From Bacteroidota bacterium (GTDB lineage Bacteria > Bacteroidota > Bacteroidia > Chitinophagales > Chitinophagaceae), in contig JBDLUN010000144.1 in NCBI GenBank assembly GCA_039805245.1, forward strand, positions 162-64,161: a DNA stretch of 64,000 nt, in the 5' to 3' direction. The notes under the pieces are model-generated. The model searched no databases, had not been told where the DNA came from, and was given only the letters and a program-made list of their open reading frames with translations. Made by a program: the position numbers and the translations under genes. Shown piece after piece: positions 1 through 8,019 of the stretch (positions are counted from its first letter, which is position 1; the number at the start of each line of letters is the position of its first letter).

Positions 1-643
1 CAGGCAGGATGCGGGGTTTGAAGGTTTGCAAGGGTTCTGTAGTAATACCTTTCAGTGTGGATGCGAATACCGGTCCGGCAAGGATGATGGTGGGTATCGC
101 AATGATGATGCCATACAAAAGCGTTTGTCCCATATCCGCCTGCAATTGTGTTACCAATGCAGCGGGAGAGGGGTGCGGTGGCAGGAGTCCATGGGTGGTG
201 GAAAGTGCCGCCAGCATGGGAATTCCCACATACACAGCAGGAAGCTTGACCCGGTAAACGATAGAAAAAATAAGGGGGACCAGCAATACGAATCCCACAT
301 TGTAAAAGAGTGGTATGCCCACGATGAAGCCGGTCATCACGAGTGCCCAGGTGATTTTGTTGATACCGAAGGCTTTCAGCATCACGTCGCTGATTTTCTG
401 TGCAGCACCCGATTCGGCAACGATTTTGCCAATCATCGCCCCAAACAGCAGCACCATCAGGAGTGAGCCCAGGGTATCACCAATCCCTTTTTGGATGGAA
501 GCTGGAATTTTTTCAAGGGGCAATCCGAGCATCAAACCACCTGCAATCGAAACCAGAATAAATGAAATGAAGGTGTTGCATTTCAACCAGGAAATCAACA
601 GGATGAGCAGCAGGATACAGCAGGCAATCGTAAGGAAAAGCAT
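1..643 (-). CDS. GntP-family gluconate/sugar-acid:H+ symporter, 3' end runs off the window start
   Basis: Not in the ORF track; translated manually from ATG at 643: MLFLTIACCILLLILLISWLKCNTFISF...IGKIVAESGAAQKI...THGLLPPHPSP, which carries the GntP motifs ESGAA and H-x-x-x-PPHP. No stop codon before position 1. Confidence 0.9.
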   Translation of the reverse strand, partial: MLFLTIACCILLLILLISWLKCNTFISFILVSIAGGLMLGLPLEKIPASIQKGIGDTLGSLLMVLLFGAMIGKIVAESGAAQKISDVMLKAFGINKITWALVMTGFIVGIPLFYNVGFVLLVPLIFSIVYRVKLPAVYVGIPMLAALSTTHGLLPPHPSPAALVTQLQADMGQTLLYGIIIAIPTIILAGPVFASTLKGITTEPLQTFKPRILP

Positions 644-771
644 AGTCTTGGTTTAAGGGTGGCAGCGAAAACGTTTTATTAAGTTATGGCATTTAATTGC
701 TAATGCCACCAAAAAATACAATAATTTGTAGCATCAACAACAAAACATTAAATCCTTTAAAACGATTGCAT

Positions 772-1614
772 ATGCATAGCAGAAGAAATTTTTTGAGAAA
801 CAGCACATTGGGCATTGCAGCGGCTGCAGCCATGCCTATCATGGGTAAGGCTGCTGTTGCCGTTACCTCCAGTTCAGTTGCTGAGGGAATGGATTTTCCG
901 ATTGGCTTTGCAGGATTCTCGTTCGTTCGATTTGATCTGGAAAAGTCCATTGCCATGATGAAAAGGGTGGGCGTAACCAATCTCTCTGTTAAAGAATTTC
1001 ACCTGCCGTTGAACAGCAGCCAGGAAACCATTGATGGCGTGAAAAAGAAATTGGCCGATGCTGGTATCAGCATGTACACCGTTGGGGTCATCTATATGAA
1101 AACAAAGGAGGCCGTAGACCAGGCTTTTGCTTATGCACAGAAATGTGGCGTCAACATGATTGTGGGTGTTCCCAATCCAGAACTGCTCACTTATACAGAA
1201 GAGAAAGTGAAGGCTACCAATATCAAAATGGCTATCCACAATCATGGTCCGGAAGACAAGTTGTATCCCAGTCCCAAAGACATTTATGACCGCATCAAAG
1301 ACATGGATCCACGGATGGGATTGTGCATAGATATCGGACATACTTTCCGTGCAGGAGTATTGCCGGAGAAAGCGGTAGTGGAATACAAAGACAGGCTTTT
1401 CGACCTGCATATCAAGGATGTTACAGCCATGGCCAAAGATGCCAAAGTGATTGAAATCGGACGTGGTGTCATCAATTTCCCGGCTTTTGTCAAGGCTTTG
1501 CGCAAAATCAAATACACCGGTATCTGTAGCATTGAATATGAAAAGGATATGAATGATCCCCTTGCTGGCATGGCTGAGTCGGTGGGTTATTACAGGGGAA
1601 TCTTGAAAGGCTAG
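772..1614 (+). CDS. Sugar phosphate isomerase/epimerase family (xylose isomerase-like TIM barrel) with twin-arginine signal
   Basis: Start placed at ATG 772 (MHSRRNFLR, Tat-like). Metal-binding motifs IHNH, CIDIGH, LHIKD and SIEYE. Confidence 0.85.
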   Translation: MHSRRNFLRNSTLGIAAAAAMPIMGKAAVAVTSSSVAEGMDFPIGFAGFSFVRFDLEKSIAMMKRVGVTNLSVKEFHLPLNSSQETIDGVKKKLADAGISMYTVGVIYMKTKEAVDQAFAYAQKCGVNMIVGVPNPELLTYTEEKVKATNIKMAIHNHGPEDKLYPSPKDIYDRIKDMDPRMGLCIDIGHTFRAGVLPEKAVVEYKDRLFDLHIKDVTAMAKDAKVIEIGRGVINFPAFVKALRKIKYTGICSIEYEKDMNDPLAGMAESVGYYRGILKG

Positions 1615-1662
1615 GCGATCCTTTCCGTTCATTTTTCAATGTGGCTGTATCAACTGATGCTG

Positions 1663-3903
1663 TCATTCCACTATAACCTCATCAGCAAACATGAAACCGC
1701 GTTGGCTTTTGGCAAAAAACCGCACATAACGTGCCGTTGTGTTTTTCATTCCAACGGAAAAAGTTTTGAACGTCAGCCTGTCATACAAAGGCGAAACATC
1801 ATTATTGCTCTTTCCTGCTGGAGTGAAGGTTTGTCCGTCTGCAGAAGTGTAGACTTCAATATAGTTCGGCATATAAACACCCGGACCAATAACCTGCATG
1901 AAACGGCAGGAAACGGATTGCAGCGCTTGGCTGGTGCCCAGGTCGATGGTGACATCCAAATCTGTGAGGAAACCCTGCCATTGTTTATCCTGATACGTCA
2001 ATGAACCGGTGTAGCCATTGACCAGCGTTTGTTCTTTTTGTGCTGGGTAACTGCCACTCCATTTTTTAGCATAAGTAACTGTCTTGCCCAGTGCCTTGTG
2101 CAGCCGCAAATCAAGGGTATCAGGCTGTTGGGTCATCTTACCATTTCTGAAAACTGCAGTCTTCAACAAAGTGGTTCCGGTCAGTGTAAACGGACCAGCA
2201 TACCTGTTTGAGGTGTTTGACGGCAGCGTTCCGTCTGTCGTATACCGGATTTCAGGGTTATATTGCTCCGTGCTGAGGGTGATGGTTGTTTGTCCTGTTG
2301 CCGGATTGATAACCGGACTGATTTCCACCCGGTCTGATGGTCTGCAGTAGTTTACATTTTTTTGTTGCAGGATGCGGTAATGGGAATTCAATCTGGCTTG
2401 GAAGCTGGTCCATTCCCTGGTGGATTTCGGACTCCAGGTCACTTCACTCAAAGCGATGATCCGCGGAAAAACCATGTATTCCAGGTGTTCCGTGGTGGGG
2501 ATGTATTCTGTCCATACATTGGCCTGTGCCCCTTTTACAAATCGGTGTTTGTCGCCAGCCAGTTCTGCCGGAATGGGTTCATACTCATATACTTTTTGCA
2601 AAGGCAGGAATCCACCAATAGCTTCCGGTTCCCGGGTGGGGTCTTGTTGGTATTTGTCGAAATAACAGGTCTCCCCGGGGGTCATGATGACATCATGCCC
2701 CATATTGGCCGCATCAATGCCCCCTTTTTCACCCCTCCAACTCATCACCGTAGCACCTGGTGCGAGGCCACCTTCCAGAATCTCATCCCACCCCAGCAAT
2801 ATCCTGCCTTTGGAGGAAACGAACCGCTCCATGCGGCGGATGGCATAGCTCTGCAGTTCCAGTTCGTCTTTGAGTTTGTTGTCTTTGATACGCTGCTGGC
2901 ATTTGCTGCAGGCTTTCCAGTTTTTTTTGCCGGCCTCATCACCGCCGATATGGATATATGGGGATGGAAAAATGGACATAACCTCCGTCAGCACATCTTG
3001 CATGAATACAAATGTGGAGTCGTTGCCGATGCAGAATTCACCCTGGCCTTGTTTGGCTCCCACACATCCCACTTGCGGATAAGTGGCAATGACTTCCTCG
3101 GAATGGCCGGGCATTTCAATTTCAGGGATGATGGTTATTCCTCTGGTGGCCGCGTATGCCACCAATTCCCTTGCATCGTCCTGCGTGTAGAAGCCACCGT
3201 AAGCTTTGGGCTCACCAGCACGGGCATAAGCCCTGTCGCCATTCCACCAGGGTTTCCATTGCAGTGATGACCGCCATGCAGCCTGTTGGGTCAGTCCTGG
3301 GTATTTTTTGATCTCCATCCGCCATCCTGCTGCATCAGTGAGGTGGAGGTGCAGGGTGTTCAGTTTGTATAAAGCTATGAGGTCTATCATTTTGTGCACA
3401 AACGAAGGCGGAAAAAAATGCCTCGAAACATCCAACATCAAGCCCCTATAGCCAAAGCGGGGTTTGTCAAGGATGGTTGCACAGGGTATTGCCTGCTGTA
3501 CTTCCTGCATCATGACCAGTTGGGTGATGCTTTGCATGGCATGAACGGCACCGGCATAACCGGAAGCACTGACACGGATGCCGCCGGACTTGATTTCCAG
3601 TCGGTAGGCACCGCTGTCTGGTTTTTGGTTGTCCTGTTTTTCCAACACTATGGAACCTGCCGGTATTGTGGCCCCTTTTTGCAAAATCGATATTTGCTTG
3701 GCGGGCAGTTTCATGGTTTCTGCCAGCAGTTTTGCTGCAGGCAGGAAAGCTTTGCTGGCAAAGATTCGGGTATGTTGACCATACACATAACTTCCTTTGC
3801 CAGGAGTGACTTCAGCGGGTTGGGGAATGATATTCAAAGCCGATTGTGAAAAAGCCGGTACTGAACAAGCGAACATCAAAACAAACAGTAAGGAACGTAT
3901 CAT
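1663..3903 (-). CDS. GH20 beta-N-acetylhexosaminidase with C-terminal CHB_HEX_C/FN3-like and F5/8-type domains
   Basis: RGLMLDVSRHF, HLHLTD, PEIEMPGH and catalytic HIGGDEA motifs. Signal peptide from ATG 3903 (MIRSLLFVLMFAC). Confidence 0.95.
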   Translation of the reverse strand: MIRSLLFVLMFACSVPAFSQSALNIIPQPAEVTPGKGSYVYGQHTRIFASKAFLPAAKLLAETMKLPAKQISILQKGATIPAGSIVLEKQDNQKPDSGAYRLEIKSGGIRVSASGYAGAVHAMQSITQLVMMQEVQQAIPCATILDKPRFGYRGLMLDVSRHFFPPSFVHKMIDLIALYKLNTLHLHLTDAAGWRMEIKKYPGLTQQAAWRSSLQWKPWWNGDRAYARAGEPKAYGGFYTQDDARELVAYAATRGITIIPEIEMPGHSEEVIATYPQVGCVGAKQGQGEFCIGNDSTFVFMQDVLTEVMSIFPSPYIHIGGDEAGKKNWKACSKCQQRIKDNKLKDELELQSYAIRRMERFVSSKGRILLGWDEILEGGLAPGATVMSWRGEKGGIDAANMGHDVIMTPGETCYFDKYQQDPTREPEAIGGFLPLQKVYEYEPIPAELAGDKHRFVKGAQANVWTEYIPTTEHLEYMVFPRIIALSEVTWSPKSTREWTSFQARLNSHYRILQQKNVNYCRPSDRVEISPVINPATGQTTITLSTEQYNPEIRYTTDGTLPSNTSNRYAGPFTLTGTTLLKTAVFRNGKMTQQPDTLDLRLHKALGKTVTYAKKWSGSYPAQKEQTLVNGYTGSLTYQDKQWQGFLTDLDVTIDLGTSQALQSVSCRFMQVIGPGVYMPNYIEVYTSADGQTFTPAGKSNNDVSPLYDRLTFKTFSVGMKNTTARYVRFFAKSQRGFMFADEVIVE

Positions 3904-3949
3904 GGGAAAATTCAGGGGATTGTTTACCCTAAAGATACGGCTTAGCTGT

Positions 3950-5146
3950 TCACATCCTGCCGGGCAGTATTTCATTCCAGTACAACCAAGGTAGGATATA
4001 TCTTTTCAGCATGAACATGCTCCTCCTTTCTTTGGCCTGGTTGAAGGGGAATGTTTCAGTAGGTTGGTTGTTGTAATCAAATTCAGCCAACATGAGCTTC
4101 CCATATCCTGTGATGATTGGGCAGCTGGTATATCCGTTGTAACGGGCTTCCAGTGGTTTGCCTTTCATCGTGGCCATCAGGTTTTTGACGAGTACAGGAG
4201 CCTGCTTGCGGATGGCTGCTCCTGTTCTGCTGGTGGGCAGGGAGGAGGCATCACCGAGGGAGAAGATATTTTTGTACTTGTTGTGTTGCAGGGTGTAGCG
4301 ATCCACATCCACCCAACCTGCAGCGTTGGCGAGCGGACTGTTCCTGATGAAGTCGGGTGCAGACTGTGGTGGGGTTACATGAAGCATGCTGAAGTCCACC
4401 CAGGTTTCCATATCCTTGTTTTGTTCTCCGATACCGATGAATTTTGCCTTTTTATTTTCGCCGTCAATTTCCACCAATTTTTGGTGGAACTGCATGTTGA
4501 TATGCCTTTCAGCGATAATCCCTTTCAAGACCTCTTCGTATTTGGGTACTCCGAAAACACGGGTTCCGCCCGACCACATGGCCACTTCTATTTGTTTGTC
4601 GCGGCCCTGTTTCCTGAAATAGTCACTCGCCAGGTACATGATCTTTTGCGGAGCACCGCCGCATTTCACAGGCGTGTGTGGATTGGTGAAGATGGCTTTA
4701 CCGCTATGGGTTTGCTGTATGCAGGTCCAGGTATAATTTGCATAGCGAAAATCATAATTCGAGCAGACCCCATTTTTGCCCAGGTTTTCTTTCAATCCTT
4801 TCACCTCGTCCCAATTCAATTGTATGCCGGGCGCTGCAATTAGGTAATCGTATGTCATTCGGAGCCCGCTTGCCAGCAAGACTGCATTCTCTTCAGGTAT
4901 GAATCGGGTAGCGGCGTCTCTTATCCAGGTGGCACCCTTCGGAATGACACTAGCCTCGCTGCGAACCGTTTTGGCTTTGTTGAAGATGCCTGCACCCACC
5001 AACGACCAAGCCGGTTGGTAGTAGTGTTTGTCGGAGGGTTCGATGATGGCGATGGGCAGTTTTTTATCTTTTCTCAACAGCTGTGCAGCAACAGAGATGC
5101 CTGCATTGCCGCCGCCAACAATGAGGATGGGATAGTGGGTGATCAT
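3950..5146 (-). CDS. sqr: Sulfide:quinone oxidoreductase (type II-like FAD-dependent oxidoreductase)
   Basis: GGGNAG FAD motif, HYYQPAW, KCGGAPQKIMYL and GYTSCP (the redox cysteine pair), LAEFDY. Confidence 0.85.
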   Translation of the reverse strand: MITHYPILIVGGGNAGISVAAQLLRKDKKLPIAIIEPSDKHYYQPAWSLVGAGIFNKAKTVRSEASVIPKGATWIRDAATRFIPEENAVLLASGLRMTYDYLIAAPGIQLNWDEVKGLKENLGKNGVCSNYDFRYANYTWTCIQQTHSGKAIFTNPHTPVKCGGAPQKIMYLASDYFRKQGRDKQIEVAMWSGGTRVFGVPKYEEVLKGIIAERHINMQFHQKLVEIDGENKKAKFIGIGEQNKDMETWVDFSMLHVTPPQSAPDFIRNSPLANAAGWVDVDRYTLQHNKYKNIFSLGDASSLPTSRTGAAIRKQAPVLVKNLMATMKGKPLEARYNGYTSCPIITGYGKLMLAEFDYNNQPTETFPFNQAKERRSMFMLKRYILPWLYWNEILPGRM

Positions 5147-5161
5147 GGTGATTGTTTACAG

Positions 5162-5169
5162 CAAAGCTA
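5162..5169 (-). promoter_or_regulatory. Bacteroidota -7 promoter box (TAGCTTTG) for sqr
   Basis: Exact TAnnTTTG match on the minus strand just upstream of the sqr ATG, with TTTG 16 bp further upstream. Confidence 0.55.
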
Positions 5170-5215
5170 TTGCCTGTTTTTGGCGCAAAAGGTGATATTG
5201 GTCACCTTCAGGAAG

Positions 5216-6193
5216 TCAATGGTGCCCCCCACCCGCAAAACGAGGGTCACGGATGAATGTTGAATCATCCAGTGTTTTTAGGAAGGCCTTCAGGTTGGTG
5301 CGGTCGGCTGCGGTGATGGGAATCGTTTGCCGGTAGTGGTCAAGCACCCTGTCGATGGTGGAAAAGCGACCATCATGCATATATGGCTTGGTGAAGCTGA
5401 GGTTCCGCAGGCTGGGGGTTTTGAAGGCATAGAGATCCTGGACGTTGCCGGTGGCGTGCATCCGGCCGGAGTCGGCTACATTCGAAACAGGCAATCCGGT
5501 ATTGTGGAATTGGTTGTCTGTAAAAAGCGGTTCACGGTGGCAGCCGCCGCAATGTTGCTTGAAGAACTGGTAGCCTGCATTTTCTGTGGGGGTGAATGCA
5601 GTCAAACCCTGTTGCAGGCTGTCATACCGCGACTGGCTGCTCACGAGCAGCAGCATAAATTGTGAGAGCGCTTTCATCATGGTTTCTTCCGTGGCTATAG
5701 GCTTTCCGAAAGCGTCTGCAAACATGCGGCGGTAGATGTTAGACGCATTTAACAAACGCAGGATTTCAGGCATCTGCATACCCATTTCTATCGGGTTGGT
5801 TAGTGGCTTGATGGGTTGTTTATCCAATGTGCCAACACTGCCATCCCACATGAAGCTGGTGCTCCAGGCCAGGTTGAAAAGGGGGGGTGCATTGCGTTTG
5901 GTGAAAGCGCCATTCAGTCCATGGCTGAAATCATGCTCATGGTGTGTGAAGGCTGATGAGGGCATGTGGCAGGATCCGCAGCTGGTTAATTGGTCAGCCG
6001 ACAGCGTGCTGTCGAAAAACAGCATTTTCCCAAGCGCAAAACCTGCTGGCGTTACCGGATTCTGTTGCAGGTTGTATACCGGTTCAGGAAAGTGCAGCGG
6101 TTTTCCAAAACCACTGAAAGTATCCATCATCTCCTTGGAGCAAGCCATGAAGAGCAGCAGTAATAAGGCTGAAATGGTCAGTCGCAGGTTCAT
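5216..6193 (-). CDS. Di-heme cytochrome c peroxidase family (MauG/MbnH-like) lipoprotein
   Basis: Two CxxCH motifs (CGSCH, CGGCH), RNAPPL, FMWDG and FKTPSLRN...PYMHDG. Lipobox-like FMAC. Confidence 0.9.
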   Translation of the reverse strand: MNLRLTISALLLLLFMACSKEMMDTFSGFGKPLHFPEPVYNLQQNPVTPAGFALGKMLFFDSTLSADQLTSCGSCHMPSSAFTHHEHDFSHGLNGAFTKRNAPPLFNLAWSTSFMWDGSVGTLDKQPIKPLTNPIEMGMQMPEILRLLNASNIYRRMFADAFGKPIATEETMMKALSQFMLLLVSSQSRYDSLQQGLTAFTPTENAGYQFFKQHCGGCHREPLFTDNQFHNTGLPVSNVADSGRMHATGNVQDLYAFKTPSLRNLSFTKPYMHDGRFSTIDRVLDHYRQTIPITAADRTNLKAFLKTLDDSTFIRDPRFAGGGHH

Positions 6194-6238
6194 TTAACTT
6201 AAAATTAATTCAATTATTTTTACAAAAATTATTCTACC

Positions 6239-7888
6239 ATGACCAGGATACTTGTTGTGTGCGCCATGATAGCTTTTTGTTCATGTTCAGGAAATAGGGC
6301 TGACAGTGTGTATGTGAACGGTCAGTTTTGGACGGGTGACGTGAGCAATCCGGTGGCGACGGTCGTGGCCATCAAAGACGGTAAAATCATCTATGTGGGT
6401 GATGATGCTGATTTGTACAGTGCCAGTGAAAAGATTGATCTGGAAGGCAAATGGGGCTATCCGGGTTTTTCAGACAACCATACCCACTTCCTTTCTGCAG
6501 GCTATGGTTTGTCGAGTGTGCAATTGAAAGACGCCATGACCAAAGAGGAATTCATCAAAAGAATCAGGGAGTTCAGTGCTTCCCATCCGGGTGACACCTG
6601 GATTTTGGAAGGCAGCTGGGATCATGAAAACTGGGGTGGGGAGTTGCCCTCGAAAGAGTGGATTGATTCAGTGACCGGTGATCATCCCCTCTTCATTTCC
6701 CGCTATGACGGACATATGGCCTTTGCCAACAGCAAAGCCATGAAGCTGGCAGGTATCACTGCCGCAACAAGCTCTCCTGCCGGTGGGGTGCTGGTGAAAG
6801 ATGCTCAGGGTGAACCAACAGGCATTTTCAAGGATGCTGCTATGAGCCTGATTCTGAAAGCAGTTCCCGACCCTACGGAGGCCCAGCTGGATGAATATTT
6901 GACGGCTGCCACAACACATGCCCTTTCGAAAGGCATAACCCATGTCAACGATATGGGCTCTTATGGCGGCTGGAAAGACCTGGAAACATATCGCAGGGCA
7001 GCAGCAGCCGGTAATATGAAACTCCGCATGTATTCTTTTGTGCCTTTGGCCACTTGGCAACAGCTCGATAGTTTTGTGCAAGAAAATGGCAAGGGGGATG
7101 ATTTGGTGCATTGGGGTGGTTTGAAAGGCTATGTGGATGGGTCATTGGGCTCCACTACAGCATGGTTTCATCAGCCTTATCTTGATGATCCTCATTCCCA
7201 TGGGTTGAGTATCACTGATACGGCAGACCTCAGGAAATGGGTATTGGGTGCCGATAAAGCTGGTCTTCATGTGGCTGTGCATGCCATTGGCGACAAGGCT
7301 AATGATTTCATTTTGGGGGTATATGATGAGGCCAGGAAAGTAAATGGAGAAAGGGATAGGCGGTTCCGTGTGGAACATGCGCAACATGTAACACCAGCAG
7401 CCATCGATAATTTTGCCAGGCAGCAGGTTGTTGCTTCCATGCATCCCTACCACCTGGTAGATGATGGGATTTGGGCTTACAAACGCTTGGATACCAGCCG
7501 ATTGAAAGGTACTTATGCCTTCAGGAGCATGTTAAACAAGCAAGTGATGGTTACTTTCGGTTCAGACTGGCCAGTAGCTCCTGTTGATCCCATGTTGGGC
7601 ATCTATGCTGCTGTTACAAGGCGCACAGGCGACAATAAAAATCCGGATGGATGGTATCCTGCCGAGAAAATGACAGTTGAAGAGGCCATCAGGGCTTACA
7701 CTACCGGCAACGCATTTGCATCCTACCTCGATGGCAAAGTGGGAGTACTTAAACTGGGCAATTATGCAGATTTCACCGTCCTTGATCAGGACATCCAAAA
7801 TATGGCTCCTGAAAAGATCAGGGACGTGAAGGTGTTGCATACCGTTGTCAATGGCAAGCATGTTTATCGCGCAAAGCAGTCGAATTGA
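6239..7888 (+). CDS. Amidohydrolase family 3 (YtcJ-like) metallohydrolase, probable lipoprotein
   Basis: PGFSDNHTH, DGSLGS, HAIGD, RVEHAQ and FGSDWPV motifs. Confidence 0.9.
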   Translation: MTRILVVCAMIAFCSCSGNRADSVYVNGQFWTGDVSNPVATVVAIKDGKIIYVGDDADLYSASEKIDLEGKWGYPGFSDNHTHFLSAGYGLSSVQLKDAMTKEEFIKRIREFSASHPGDTWILEGSWDHENWGGELPSKEWIDSVTGDHPLFISRYDGHMAFANSKAMKLAGITAATSSPAGGVLVKDAQGEPTGIFKDAAMSLILKAVPDPTEAQLDEYLTAATTHALSKGITHVNDMGSYGGWKDLETYRRAAAAGNMKLRMYSFVPLATWQQLDSFVQENGKGDDLVHWGGLKGYVDGSLGSTTAWFHQPYLDDPHSHGLSITDTADLRKWVLGADKAGLHVAVHAIGDKANDFILGVYDEARKVNGERDRRFRVEHAQHVTPAAIDNFARQQVVASMHPYHLVDDGIWAYKRLDTSRLKGTYAFRSMLNKQVMVTFGSDWPVAPVDPMLGIYAAVTRRTGDNKNPDGWYPAEKMTVEEAIRAYTTGNAFASYLDGKVGVLKLGNYADFTVLDQDIQNMAPEKIRDVKVLHTVVNGKHVYRAKQSN

Positions 7889-8019
7889 TATCGTACAATT
7901 ACGTAATTGTGGACTTATTGTCTGCCAAATTCTAATGAAATCACAATATTAAGTTAACGGTCGGCGTTACAAGTGGGTGTTAAAGGCTTTCTTTGACACC
8001 CCTCCTAATCCGTCGTACC

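Noticed and set aside
9-656. Plus-strand ORFs 9-257, 26-466 and 315-656
   Set aside because: Antisense shadows of the GntP permease, which the ORF track missed because it has no stop codon inside the window.
874-4843. Long alternative ORFs such as 874-1632(-), 2362-3267(+) and 4064-4843(+)
   Set aside because: They lie opposite genes with clear family motifs and have none themselves. The same applies to the many similar shadow ORFs across the window.
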